A stretch of DNA of 63,460 bases, the filler included, from Octopus bimaculoides (taxonomy: Eukaryota), in NCBI RefSeq assembly GCF_001194135.2. It is 8 parts of 8 records of this genome, joined end to end, with 100 filler letters (N's around TTAATTAATTAA, not from the genome) between each part and the next. Parts side by side here need not be neighbours in the genome. Positions count along the whole stretch, not along the records: positions 1 to 31,774 come from NC_068986.1; 7 more parts are not named here. One strand, 5' to 3'. Made by a program: the position numbers and the translations under genes. Each line of letters opens with the position of its first letter. Position 1 is the stretch's first letter. The notes beneath the pieces are model-generated. The model was given only the letters and a program-made list of their open reading frames with translations, ran no database searches and was not told the origin of the DNA. Positions 1 through 11,384 of this stretch are shown piece by piece.

Positions 1-20
1 ATATATATATACATATATAC

Positions 21-179
21 GACAGGCTTCTTTCAGTTTCCGTCTACCAAATCCACTCACAAGGCTTTGGTCGGCCCGAGGCTATAGCAGAAGACACTTG
101 ACCAAGGTGCCACGCAGTGGGACTGAACCCGGAACCATGTGGTTGGTAAGCAAGCTACTTACCACACAGCCACTCCTGT
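21..179 (-). mobile_element. tRNA-derived SINE family A, 5' head
   Basis: Reverse complement gives ...GAGTGGCTGTGTGGTAAGTAGC...GGTTCCGGGTTCAGTCCC (pol III A/B-box-like); near-identical copies at 14.4 and 25.4 kb. Confidence 0.85.
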
Positions 180-372
180 ATTGTATGTTATATATATTCT
201 TTCGTTTGGGAAACGAGCTTCTTACGACAGCCACGACTGCGCCTTGGTATCATTCTGAAGCATATTTATAAAATGCGTTCTAACAGCAAGGTGATTCGTA
301 TCTCAGTGCCGAATCGGAATAACAAGATAAAACGTGAGAAATGGAGAGAGAGGAGGTGGGGGATAGATAGAC

Positions 373-406
<34 letters not shown>

Positions 407-545
407 ACAGATAGACAGATTGACAGACAGATAGACAGATAGACCGAGAGATAGATGAGTGTATGTGAGTGCGCGCGCCACTTGTTTCCGTACGCGTGTG
501 GGTGTATTAGCAATCGAAAGAAAAAAAAAAGCAAAAGCTGATCTA

Positions 546-578
<33 letters not shown>

Positions 579-717
579 CACATACTTGTTCTTTCTGTTT
601 CAATGACTCCTCCTCTTCCTCTCCCTCTCGCTCGCATTATTGTGGGTTTTATATATTTAGATGTGAACAGCAACTGACACAGAAAAAAAAAAGAGATTAG
701 GAGAGAAAAATAATAAG

Positions 718-760
<43 letters not shown>

Positions 761-1270
761 GGTAGCTAGATTGATAAATCTACGGATACATAGGAAGTAA
801 CGAAAAGGAGAAAGATATATAGAAGAAAAAAATTTTTTTATCAGTGCAAAATGTGCACATACACACACACACATACACACACACACATACACACACATAG
901 ACACACACGTAGATAGATACTTTGATATTGTGCACACATCTACGCACGTGCACGAATATACACCATAACTGCAAAATAAAACGTTGTGTTACGTGTTTGC
1001 AGTGTGTGTATATATGTATACTTGTGTGTGTGTACTAAATGTCATAGTATATAATATTACACTGTGTGTGAGTGTGTGTGCGAAGAAAGAGATAGATAGA
1101 GAGAGAGAGGGAGAGAGAGAGAGAAACAGAGAGACAGACGGAGAGAGATAGAAAGATAGATAGATAATGTGAACATTGAACAACACTTCAATATTCCATT
1201 ATATATTCTTAAGTATCCGGTTCACACACACTCATACACACATAAACTCTTTCTCTCACTCACTCACTCA

Positions 1271-1301
<31 letters not shown>

Positions 1302-1311
1302 NNNNNNNNNN

Positions 1312-1357
<46 letters not shown>

Positions 1358-1699
1358 ACACACGTATACAGACGGAAATACTGATATAAATTCCAGCGTG
1401 TTGATATGAATATCACACCGTATCGTTTCCAATATTTCACTTCGTATAAACCACTTTTTTCAAATAAAATAAATAAATCACTGATAGAAATGGAAAATTC
1501 AAAAAACAGACACGCTTATAAAGAATTTCAAAAAACACGAATTAAATACATTAATATAAGAGAATTGGTAAAAAGAAATCGAAGGATCAAAGAATAACAT
1601 AACGGAATTACCGAAAAGTGATCTGGTAACGACCTTGCCTGTTCTTGTTGTTGACCTTTTGTGATTCTGCATCTCTTGTTTATAGCTGCGGATAGATAG

Positions 1700-1743
<44 letters not shown>

Positions 1744-1939
1744 GTCTGTCTTTCTATCTGTCTATCTCTCTATCTATCTATCTATCTATCTGTCTATCTA
1801 TCTGTCTATCTATCTGTCTATCTATCACTGTTATTTGTCTCTCTATCTACATAAGTCTCTCTTTCTCTCTTTTAGCAGAAGAGCCTTTCATCTAATGTTT
1901 TTTGTCTCTCTATCCGCAGCAGCTGCCCCGCTCTTTTTT

Positions 1940-1972
<33 letters not shown>

Positions 1973-2259
1973 NNNNNNNNNNNNNNNNNNNNNNNNNNNN
2001 NNNNNNNNNNNNNNNNNNNNNNNNNNNNNNNNNNNNTCTCTCTCTTTCCTTCTCCTCTCTCTCTCTCTTTCCTTCTCCTCTCTCTCGCTCTCCCCCCCTA
2101 TTCTCTTTCTTTCTCTTTATTTTCTGCCACTCCTCATCACTCATCTATCTCCATCACTCACCACCAGCTACAACAGTCAGCCTGCTGATAAACATGCAAC
2201 TTCGGAAGAAGAAAAATCATAAAGCTTATAATCATATCGTCGAATACCGACACACACAC

Positions 2260-2530
2260 GCACACACTGTCTCTCTCTCTCTCACACTCTCTCTCTCTCA
2301 CATACTCTGTCTCTCTCTCAACTCTCTCAAACACCCACACTCTCTCAAACACACACACTCTCTCTCTCTCACACACACTCTCTCTCACACACACACACTC
2401 TCTCTCACACACACACACTCTCTCTCTCTCACACACACTCTCTCTCACACACACACACTCTCTCTCTCTCACACACACTCTCTCTCTCACATACTCTGTC
2501 TCTCTCTCAACTCTCTCAAACACACACACT

Positions 2531-2562
<32 letters not shown>

Positions 2563-2602
2563 CTCTCTCTCACACACACACACACTCTCTCTCTCTCTCT
2601 TA
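2260..2602. repeat. Compound (CA)n/(CT)n microsatellite array with higher-order duplication
   Basis: Alternating ACAC/CTCT blocks; motif CACATACTCTGTCTCTCTCTCAACTCTCTCAAACAC occurs twice, about 190 bp apart. Confidence 0.9.
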
Positions 2603-2609
2603 TCTTTTG

Positions 2610-2826
2610 CTTGTCTCAGTCATTAGACTGCGGCCATGCTAGGGCACAACCTTGAAAAATGTTAGACGAACGAAATGAACACCAGTACTTATTTTGTATT
2701 CATTCTTTCAAAGCTTGTTACTTTTTTATCGGTCTTTTTTATTGAATCGCTAAGTTACGGGGACGTAAACACACCAACATCGCCTGTCAAGCGGTGGTAG
2801 ACAAACACACACACACACACACGACG
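2610..2826 (-). mobile_element. SINE family A, 3' body/tail
   Basis: GACTGCGGCCATGCT...GCTAAGTTACGGGGACGTAAACACACCAAC matches copies at 14.2 and 25.2 kb. Confidence 0.75.
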
Positions 2827-2846
2827 GTTCCCCAACTAGACGAGAC

Positions 2847-3402
2847 GCGAAATGTTTTTTTTCCCCCACGAGAGTTCCGGACCCCAGTTATGAACTCATT
2901 TGCATACAGCCAATCAGAGCTCAACCATCAAACTAATTCATGAACACATAACAAGTGATGGGCGATAAGATAAGGTCACTTGGACAAGGAATGACCATGC
3001 TTCTTTTCTCTTTTAATAATGCTTGTTGTTCTTGTTCTTGTTTCAACCATGGCTGTCTCTGCGTAATTATTTGTGTTGTTGTTTACTTAGTAAAACAATA
3101 AGAGGAGAGGGTTGCTGGCACATCGCCCTCTACCCACATTTTTCCCATCCACATCTTTACCATATGGGGCCCTAACAAAATCCGATAATAGGTATAGATG
3201 CAAATCTATCTAATTACTTGTTTCCATCTAAAATCAGGCATAACTTGGCGATCGGTCGACTTACAACACCGTTCTTCGTTTTGAGTTTACTTGGTAGAGT
3301 ATACTTGTAAACTCGACAACAAGGTCAATGCAAGCTTTGATTGGTTGAATGCAAATGAGTTCATTACTGGGGTTCGGAACTCTCGTGGGAAAAAAATTTT
3401 GC
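2847..3402. mobile_element. Inverted-repeat (MITE-like) element with about 70-bp arms
   Basis: 2847-2921 and 3333-3402 are reverse complements (CCCACGAGAGTTCCG.ACCCCAGT.ATGAACTCATTTGCAT....CCAATCA.AGCT); no TSD resolved. Confidence 0.7.
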
Positions 3403-3420
3403 GAACGGGACGCCAGTGAG

Positions 3421-3596
3421 CTGCTAGAGGAAAGAGTAAGAGAAAGTCGTGGCGAAGGAGTCAGCAGAAGTTCGCCATTACCTTCTGCTGGAGCCGCGTG
3501 AAGCTTAGGTGTTTCGCTCATAAACAGACAGATCGCCCGGGCTGAGATTCGAACCCGCGAGTCCGCTGCTCTAACCCCTAAGCCATGCGTCTCCGC
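3421..3596 (-). mobile_element. SINE family C, head
   Basis: Similar to 27720-27888 and 8460-8567; tRNA-like head (GGTTCGAATC on minus strand). Confidence 0.7.
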
Positions 3597-3859
3597 ATTA
3601 TATAAGTAAATCTATACACTTACCTATCATTTCTCCTCACCTCTCTCTCCCGGTACTTCTCCAGCTCTTCGTGGGTCTACCACCCATCCATAGCTGTCTC
3701 TGACCGTCCGTCCGCCCGTCTATCTGTCTGTCTGTCTGTCTCCTCATTTATACAGAGAAACGAGAGAATCTAAAAAGTGAGTAATACATGCATAAGAGGG
3801 GATCCATCTACCTATCTAAACCTGTAAGCTCTCTCTCTCTCTCCCTCTCTCTCTCTCTT

Positions 3860-3892
<33 letters not shown>

Positions 3893-3935
3893 CTATCCAT
3901 CTATCTATCTGTCTTTCTATCCTATTCTCTCTGTC

Positions 3936-3999
<64 letters not shown>

Positions 4000-4261
4000 C
4001 AGCTATCTATCTGTCTTTCTATTCTATCTATCCTATTCTCTCTGTCTCTGTCTGTCTTTCTGTCTGTCTTTCTGTCTGTCTGTCTCTCTCTCTCGACCTA
4101 TCTCTGCCTATCCGTCTATCAATCAATCAATCTATCGATCTGCCCGTCTGTCCCTGTGTACACGTAACACACACGATGGTATCTTCGGTCGAAAACTGTG
4201 TTCAGTTTTTGCGCCAATGATACGTTTCCAGTGATCAAGTGTATGCGCTACACAATTCGCT

Positions 4262-4450
4262 CTCTTCTCTTCCGTCAAATGGACGTTGCCTGAACAGGTT
4301 CACGTCTCAAGTTACTCTGGCGAAGTGATCGCAGCGCAGCATGAGATGCAGTGTTTTGCACGAGAACACAAGGCTCCAACCGGTCCAGAAACTGAAACCA
4401 GGATCTTGTGATCGTCTATACAACACCCTAACCAGTAGGCCGTAGCCATG
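4262..4450 (-). mobile_element. Diverged tRNA-derived SINE (C-related)
   Basis: GCAGCATGAGATGCAGTGTTTTGCACGAGAACACAA...CCTAACCAGTAGGCC parallels 6770-6830 and 7040-7160. Confidence 0.55.
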
Positions 4451-6593
4451 AACGCCCTCTCATTTCACACACACACACACACGCATCACAGCAAGGTAGA
4501 TAACTCTAATATACTGCTGGTTTAAACCAAGCGGTAGTGAAATGTAGTCAATTGACTTTGTGATTTGGTTACATGGTCGTCAATTCACTGCAATTAGTAG
4601 AGAAAATCTCACGCTAGGAGGTATTTTAAACACAAAATTAACAAATAAACTAAATTACTCAAATCATATGAACTGAAGCAATTTTTTGGCGAACAATAAC
4701 AACGTATGTAGAAGAGGAGTTTGTTAACAGATGGAAACAATAGATGCGTATCGATCTTGTTTGATCTCGTTAATAATGCACATTTATCGGGATCGATTAG
4801 ACATAGAAATGATCTGACCACTGGCGGCTTGTAGATAAAATTAATGGGGGTGTTGCTTCAGAAAATTTTTAGCCGTTGTTTTAATATTTTGTAAAAGGAA
4901 ACAAACATATAAAAAGAAAATTTATACATAAACTTGATAGGTTCGCGTTTTAGCCACTGGCGAGTGGTGTGTTTAATTTGTTCACCGAACACATCCATGA
5001 ATTCCCCCTTGTTTTTCAAAAATCCCCCCTAAATCACAAAATAAGAGAGGACACTGTGCCCTATTTTCCAAATCCTTGCAGCAACACCGAAGCTGGAAGC
5101 AAGATAATAATCTAATTCTACACTTTATCACATTCAAGAATATATAAAACGTTTTTAAGCACAATACATGCGGAGTCAAAAAGAAACGCTACCTTTCACC
5201 GGAAGTGCCACTGTCGTTCACGCAGTGCTCTCTGTTCCTCGGACATGTGAGCATGCGCACAACTGCCAAACACCGCATCGCTGGAACTGTGAAGCGCACA
5301 GTTCTATACAAGGATTTTTGTATTTTTTTTTATAAACTGGGGGATAGTTACTGACGTTAAGCTCAAGGATTATATAATGTGCAAGTATAAAGAAAGAATT
5401 AAAGAAAAAAAAAAGGACTCATTATATTGAATGTTATCGAGTGGAAATAGGGGGTGCCGCAGTTCCACAGTGCCTATGCACGAGCCACCACTAGATCTGA
5501 CGATTTTGAATCACAACAATAGGACCTCACAGAACTATTGAGCAGGTTTCCCTATATTAACAGCAACGACGACGACGACGACGATGATGATATCACAGAA
5601 GCCCAAGATACTGAAGGCATCATGAAAGGACGGAATACAAAAATATTCGCTAAATAATGTCAACTCCGTTTTAACAGCAAATGAGAAGTGGACAGCGTTT
5701 ACATCCAAATTGCTCTCGTTTGCCAAAAAAAAAAAAAAAAAAAAAAAANNNNNNNNNNAAAAAAAAAAAAAAAGAAAAAAAAGACTTCAGCCCCTAACCA
5801 CTGAAAAATACAGCACCACCCCACCATTTTGCTACATAGCCATGTCAATTAATTTATGGCTCTAAATGTAAATTTAAAATTCAAATTGAGAAGCTTACTT
5901 GAATATCTTAGCTCTAAAACTAGGTCAAGATATCAATTTAAATTTCACGTCAGAGTTCTCAGTTTGTAAATATATAAGTTGGTTGGTTGGCCTATTGTTT
6001 TGATTTAAAGAATGATTTGAAATAAAATTATTTTAATTGCTGCATTAAAAAAATAGTAATAACTGCAGTGGTTTAGCTTCTGTCACGCTAACGTTTTTGT
6101 CACGCCTTTTATTTAATATTAAAAAGAACGATTCTTTGGAGAAAATCGTGTTAATTAAAAATAGTGGTCAGACTACGTTTGTTATTTACAACGAATGAAA
6201 AAATATTAAATACATCCTGTTGCTTCTAGTTTGACTTTCAATTATCAACAATCCCGAGAAAAAGGTCTCCCACATAAAAAAAATAAATTATGCCCACACC
6301 TTTTATTAGATTTTCTTTCTTCAATGTAATAAATTAACGTGTATATTATCACACACATTCCCATTCAAGCAAGCGGATTCATTTAAAGGCGCCCGACAAC
6401 CCGGAAATCTAAACATTTCTCTTTGACATTTGTTTTCCTTTCGGTATTCTTATGAAAACTCGGTTATTAGAGCATTTATAGGTTCAGTGATGTACCTCTG
6501 TCCATTGAAATTCTAAGTTCGAGTTCAGCCGGGGTTGATTTTTGTTTTTCATTCTCGTGGGGTTATTAACTGGCACCCCGTTGTTTATTTCAA

Positions 6594-6860
6594 CAGTTGA
6601 TACAATCAACGGAACAGCCCGCTCGTGAAATTAACGTGCAAGTGGCTGAGCACTCCACAGACACGTGTACCTTTAATGTAGTTCTCAGGGAGATTCAGCA
6701 TGACACAAAATGTGACAAGGCTGGCCCCTTTGGAATTACAGGTACTACTCATTTTTGCCAGCTGAGTGGACTGGAGCAACGTGAAATGAAGTGTCTTGCT
6801 CAAGGACACAATGCACCGCCAGGAATCGAACTCTTGAGTTGCGGGGTTACAAAAAACAAT
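6594..6860 (-). mobile_element. SINE family C variant
   Basis: AACGGAACAGCC.GCTCGTGAAATTAACGTGCAAGTGGCTGAGCACTCCACAGACACG shared with 27590, 47820, 48150, 56840. Confidence 0.85.
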
Positions 6861-7004
6861 CGACTAACCCATCACGCAAATGAGATTGATAATGGACTTC
6901 CTTAAAAGTAGAAACCATTATCGTAAAATAAGTACAGTCTCAAGGGCAGGTTTCCATGGCAACTGAGATAGAAACAGGCCATTCTTGAACGAGCCGCTAA
7001 TCCA

Positions 7005-7160
7005 TGGTGGGGTTAACCATTTTCAGCTGACTGGAAGGGGGAAACGTAAAATGAAGTATTTTCCATAGGAGCACAATGCACCGCCGCCCGGTCTGGGAAT
7101 CGATACCACGATCTCGCGATCATGAGTGAAACACATCTAACCACTAGGCCACGCGCCTTC
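7005..7160 (-). mobile_element. SINE family C variant, head
   Basis: CCCGGTCTGGGAATCGA...CTAACCACTAGGCCAC tRNA-like head. Confidence 0.7.
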
Positions 7161-7324
7161 GCTAACATCACCATAAAGGATTGGTTAAATCGGTTGTTCA
7201 GGCGATAATATTTTAATTGCTACGGTTAATTCATAATCCTTTCACAACAAAATCCTCAAAGAATTTGACTTTTGAAACAGAAAAATGATTGAAGAATTGA
7301 AAGAAATTCTAAGACTTCTCAGGG

Positions 7325-7491
7325 TGGAGGGTTGTCTGTGTGGTTAAGAATCTTTGCGACCGTGCAGTTTCGGGTTTAGTCCCACTGCGTGGCACCTTGG
7401 GCGAACGTCTTCTACGATAGCCTCGGGCCGACCAAAACCTTATGAATGAATTTGGTCGACAAAAACTGTACGGAAGACCGTCATTAAATAA

Positions 7492-7530
<39 letters not shown>

Positions 7531-8065
7531 TCAAGCACACAGACATACACACAAACGCCCATATATACACGCGTGCACACACACATGCACGCTCGCACGC
7601 ACCCACCTGCATTATGTGTTTTGTTCGTGTTTGAATATGTGCACATAATTGTGGATTCATGAGTTTGTGTATAAATGTATTCTGTGAATGATGTGACGTC
7701 ACGTATATGAGCAATGCACATCTATCTGTGTGATGAGGGAATGCAGCATAAGATATGTGGGGGTGGGTGTGGGGGCAATGTGTCTTTTATGCGTAAAGTT
7801 CATATAATGCATGTAACTGATAGCCAGAGAAAAAAAAAACTTATTCAAGGAGTGATAAAGTGGATGGTGGGGGTCATCCTTGGAATTTCGAAGTATGAAC
7901 TGTTGTTTGTGCACACACACACACACACACACACACACGTAAATGTAGGTGCGTGTGTCCTTTTTGCGTTTGTCCCTCCCCCCACTGCTTGATAATCGGT
8001 GTTGGTTTGTTTACATCTTCGTAACATAGCGGTTTAGCAAAAGAAATCGGTGGAATAAGTTGTTT
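7325..8065 (+). mobile_element. SINE family A with expanded internal microsatellite region (head 7325-7482, tail 7966-8065)
   Basis: Head GTCCCACTGCGTGGCACCTTGGGC; tail GTTTGTCCCTCCCCCC...TAGCGGTTTAGCAAAAG. Confidence 0.7.
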
Positions 8066-8459
8066 GTTGNNNNNNNNNNNNNNNNNNNNNNNNNNNNNNN
8101 NNNNNNNNNNNNNNNNNNNNNNNNNNNNNNNNNNNNNNNNNNNNNNNNNNNNNNNNNNNNNNNNNNNNNNNNNNNNNNNNNNNNNNNNNNNNNNNNNNNN
8201 NNNNNNNNNNNNNNNNNNNNNNNNNNNNNNNNNNNNNNNNNNNNNNNNNNNNNNNNNNNNNNNNNNNNNNNNNNNNNNNNNNNNNNNNNNNNNNNNNNNN
8301 NNNNNNNNNNNNNNNNNNNNNNNNNNNNNNNNNNNNNNNNNNNNNNNNNNNNNNNNNNNNNNNNNNNNNNNNNNNNNNNNNNNNNNNNNNNNNNNNNNNN
8401 NNNNNNNNNNNNNNNNNNNNNNNNNNNNNNNNNNNNNNNNNNNNNNNNNNNNNNNNNNN

Positions 8460-8567
8460 GGTGTTTTCGCTCAATAAACACTCATAACGCCCGGTCTGGG
8501 AATCGAAACCGCAATCCTATGACCGCGAGTCCGCTGCCCTAACCGCTGGGCCATTGCGCCTCCACCA
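8460..8567 (-). mobile_element. SINE family C, head
   Basis: GTGGAGGCGCAATGGCCCAGCGGTTAGGGCAGCGG...GGTTTCGATTCCCAGACC on minus strand. Confidence 0.85.
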
Positions 8568-8814
8568 GGTGGAATAAATACCACACTTTCAAATATAGAC
8601 TGGTAGCCGATTTGTTTGACCCTCCAAGACAGTGCCACAGTTAGTAGCAGTCGAATGACTGAATTGATTAAAAGATAAAAGATAAATTTTAGAATCGTTT
8701 TGTAACCTTTGTTCATCTGAAGCGGTCCGTCACTCTAATTCTTCGGTATTAGCATCCTACTCTCATCAGTGGTATCAACAGCATTAAAGCATTCATCAGA
8801 CATCATTTTACCAT

Positions 8815-9625
8815 TTACCGTTTACCTAGGTGACCGGGTATCCGACCACCTACTTGACTGACGCCGATTATGCTGATGGCATAGGGCTCTTTGCAGACAA
8901 CACAAAAGATGCTGAACGTTTGTTCCATCTCCCGGAAAATGCTGCCGCTAACATAGGACCATATGTGAATGAAAAGAAGATAGAGTTTATCACCTTGAAC
9001 ACAACAGGTGAAATAAGGACCATCAAACAGAAAGCCTTGAAAAATGTCAACGAGTTTACTTACCCGAGGCAGCAACATCGTGTCCACTGAAAAAGATATC
9101 AAATCTTTCATTGCTAAGGCTTGGGCAGCTATAGATGGTCTTAGGACAATATGGAAGTCAACCCTACCAAATAAATTGAAGAGACAGTTCTTCAGAGCAG
9201 TTGTGGAATCTGTGCTTGTATATGGATCTCCAACTTGGACCCTCACCTAGAGACTCAGGTGCATGCTGGACAGTGCCTACACCAGAATGTTATGTGCAGT
9301 GCTCAACATCTCTTGGAGGGAGCACCCAACAAAACAACTGTTATATGGGAATGTACTGACTCTCTTGTCAACACTCCAAGAGCAGAGATTGAGGTTTACT
9401 GGCCACTGCTGGAGAAGTAAAGAAGAACTTGTGAGTAATGTGTTGCTGTGGACACCAAATCATGGTACCACAGCAGCTGGAAGACCATAGAGGATATATA
9501 TATATATAACAGCTTGCAGAAGATATTGGATGCCAAGTTGAAGACCTAAAAACACTAATGGAAGATCGGGTGGGATGGAGAGGGGTAGTCAGGCTGATCC
9601 TGGTAATCAGCCTGACTGGATGATC
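8815..9625 (+). pseudogene. 5'-truncated RTE-clade (RTE-X-like) LINE: RT C-terminal domains
   Basis: LTDADYADGIGLFA (YADD-like), FTY/GS, AKAWAA...IWKS, FFRAVVESVLVYGSPTWTLT, YTRMLCAVLNISW, RLRFTGHCWR, GRP; frameshift near 9065, stop at 9248-9250. Confidence 0.9.
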
Positions 9626-9654
9626 GCTCGATAAATAAAACAAAACAAAACCGT

Positions 9655-10075
9655 TTACTTGTTTCAGTCAGTAGGTTGCGGCCATGCTGGAACATCACCT
9701 TGAAAACGTTTTAGTCGAACAAATCGCCCCCAGCACCTATTTTCTTTAAGATCTGGCATTTATTATATCAGTCACTTTCCCGAACCGCTAAGTTACAGGA
9801 TGTAAGCACATCAACACTTGTTGTCAAGTGGTGGCGTGGGGTGGGGAGAGAATCATAGACACGAAGACATACAGGCTCTGATGAAACTGTAAGGCACTCA
9901 ACTATCAGTCCACCGCATCTGATAGTGGAAACAGCTGTAAGCTGATGAAATTCATAGGATCATCGGTTATTTCTTTATCATCTCTTTTCTTACACACCTG
10001 TCCAATATGTCACACCATGGAACTGAACCCAGAACCATTTCGCTGCGAAGCAAACTTCTTGCCACACAGCCACAT
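9655..10075 (-). mobile_element. SINE family A interrupted by a hammerhead-bearing segment (tail 9655-9870, head 9993-10075)
   Basis: GCGGCCATGCTGG...GAACCGCTAAGTTAC tail; GGAACTGAACCCAGAACC...CACACAGCCAC head. Confidence 0.7.
9872..9944 (+). ncRNA. Degenerate type I hammerhead ribozyme
   Basis: CAGGCT-CTGATGA-[stem II incl. ACTATCAG/CTGATAGT]-GAAA-CAGCTG-TA-AGCTG. Confidence 0.6.
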
Positions 10076-10271
10076 ATTTTTCCAAGTAATTTGCATTCTT
10101 AGATAATTCTAAGAGAGCTTTAGTGAAATATCCTGCTAGAAAGGTAACAAAGGTTATCATATCCTTGTCTTTATAAAATGAATGCTGAGATTTTATAGGC
10201 TCAAACTCACCACATCTGTGGCAGAGGCGTGGTCGATTCGCTACACGGTCCACTGCTCTCAGAAGTCGATC

Positions 10272-10492
10272 ACGGCATATCCGCGATCAACTGGTGTTGG
10301 CGTGTTTACTTTCCTGTAAATTTGCGGTTCGGCAAAAAGGAGCGATAGAATAAATACCAGGCTTTACAAAAAAAAAAAAAGTAATAATAAGTCGATTCGT
10401 TCGACTAAAAATTCATCAAGGCAGTGCCCCAGCATGGCCGCAGTTGAATGACCGGAACAAGTAAAAGATAAAGGATAAAAGTTACATTTGGA
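10272..10492 (+). mobile_element. SINE family A, tail
   Basis: GCGGTTCGGCAAAA...CCCAGCATGGCCGCAG...AACAAGTAAAAGATAAA. Confidence 0.75.
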
Positions 10493-11132
10493 GAGGGTGA
10501 GAGAGNNNNNNNNNNNNNNNNNNNNNNNNNNNNNNNNNNNNNNNNNNNNNNNNNNNNNNNNNNNNNNNNNNNNNNNNNNNNNNNNNNNNNNNNNNNNNNN
10601 NNNNNNNNNNNNNNNNNNNNNNNNNNNNNNNNNNNNNNNNNNNNNNNNNNNNNNNNNNNNNNNNNNNNNNNNNNNNNNNNNNNNNNNNNNNNNNNNNNNN
10701 NNNNNNNNNNNNNNNNNNNNNNNNNNNNNNNNNNNNNNNNNNNNNNNNNNNNNNNNNNNNNNNNNNNNNNNNNNNNNNNNNNNNNNNNNNNNNNNNNNNN
10801 NNNNNNNNNNNNNNNNNNNNNNNNNNNNNNNNNNNNNNNNNNNNNNNNNNNNNNNNNNNNNNNNNNNNNNNNNNNNNNNNNNNNNNNNNNNNNNNNNNNN
10901 NNNNNNNNNNNNNNNNNNNNNNNNNNNNNNNNNNNNNNNNNNNNNNNNNNNNNNNNNNNNNNNNNNNNNNNNNNNNNNNNNNNNNNNNNNNNNNNNNNNN
11001 NNNNNNNNNNNNNNNNNNNNNNNNNNNNNNNNNNNNNNNNNNNNNNNNNNNNNNNNNNNNNNNNNNNNNNNNNNNNNNNNNNNNNNNNNNNNNNNNNNNN
11101 NNNNNNNNNNNNNNNNNNNNNNNNNNNNNNNN

Positions 11133-11133
11133 N

Positions 11134-11167
<34 letters not shown>

Positions 11168-11360
11168 TATATATATATGCATGTATATACATATATATAT
11201 ATGCATATATATATACATATATATATATGCGTATATATATATATATATATATACACATTTATATATGCATATATATATGTATATATATGTACGTATATAT
11301 ATATATGTATATATATGTATGTATATATATATATGTATGTATGTGTATATGTATGTATGT
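11133..11360. repeat. (AT)n/(ATGT)n microsatellite
   Basis: Direct reading. Confidence 0.95.
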
Positions 11361-11384
11361 ATTCAAAGTATGAGAACGTAACAG

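Noticed and set aside
1600-1690. Minus-strand frame MQNHKRSTTRTGKVVTRSLF ending at G/GTAATT
   Set aside because: No homology recognised and no partner exon; indistinguishable from chance.
2898-3356. snRNA gene implied by octamer motifs
   Set aside because: No recognisable snRNA body or Sm site; the motifs lie in inverted arms.
5523-5657. Acidic short frame DLTELLSRFPYINSNDDDDDDDD...
   Set aside because: Driven by a (GAC/GAT)n repeat, preceded by a stop, no recognisable homology.
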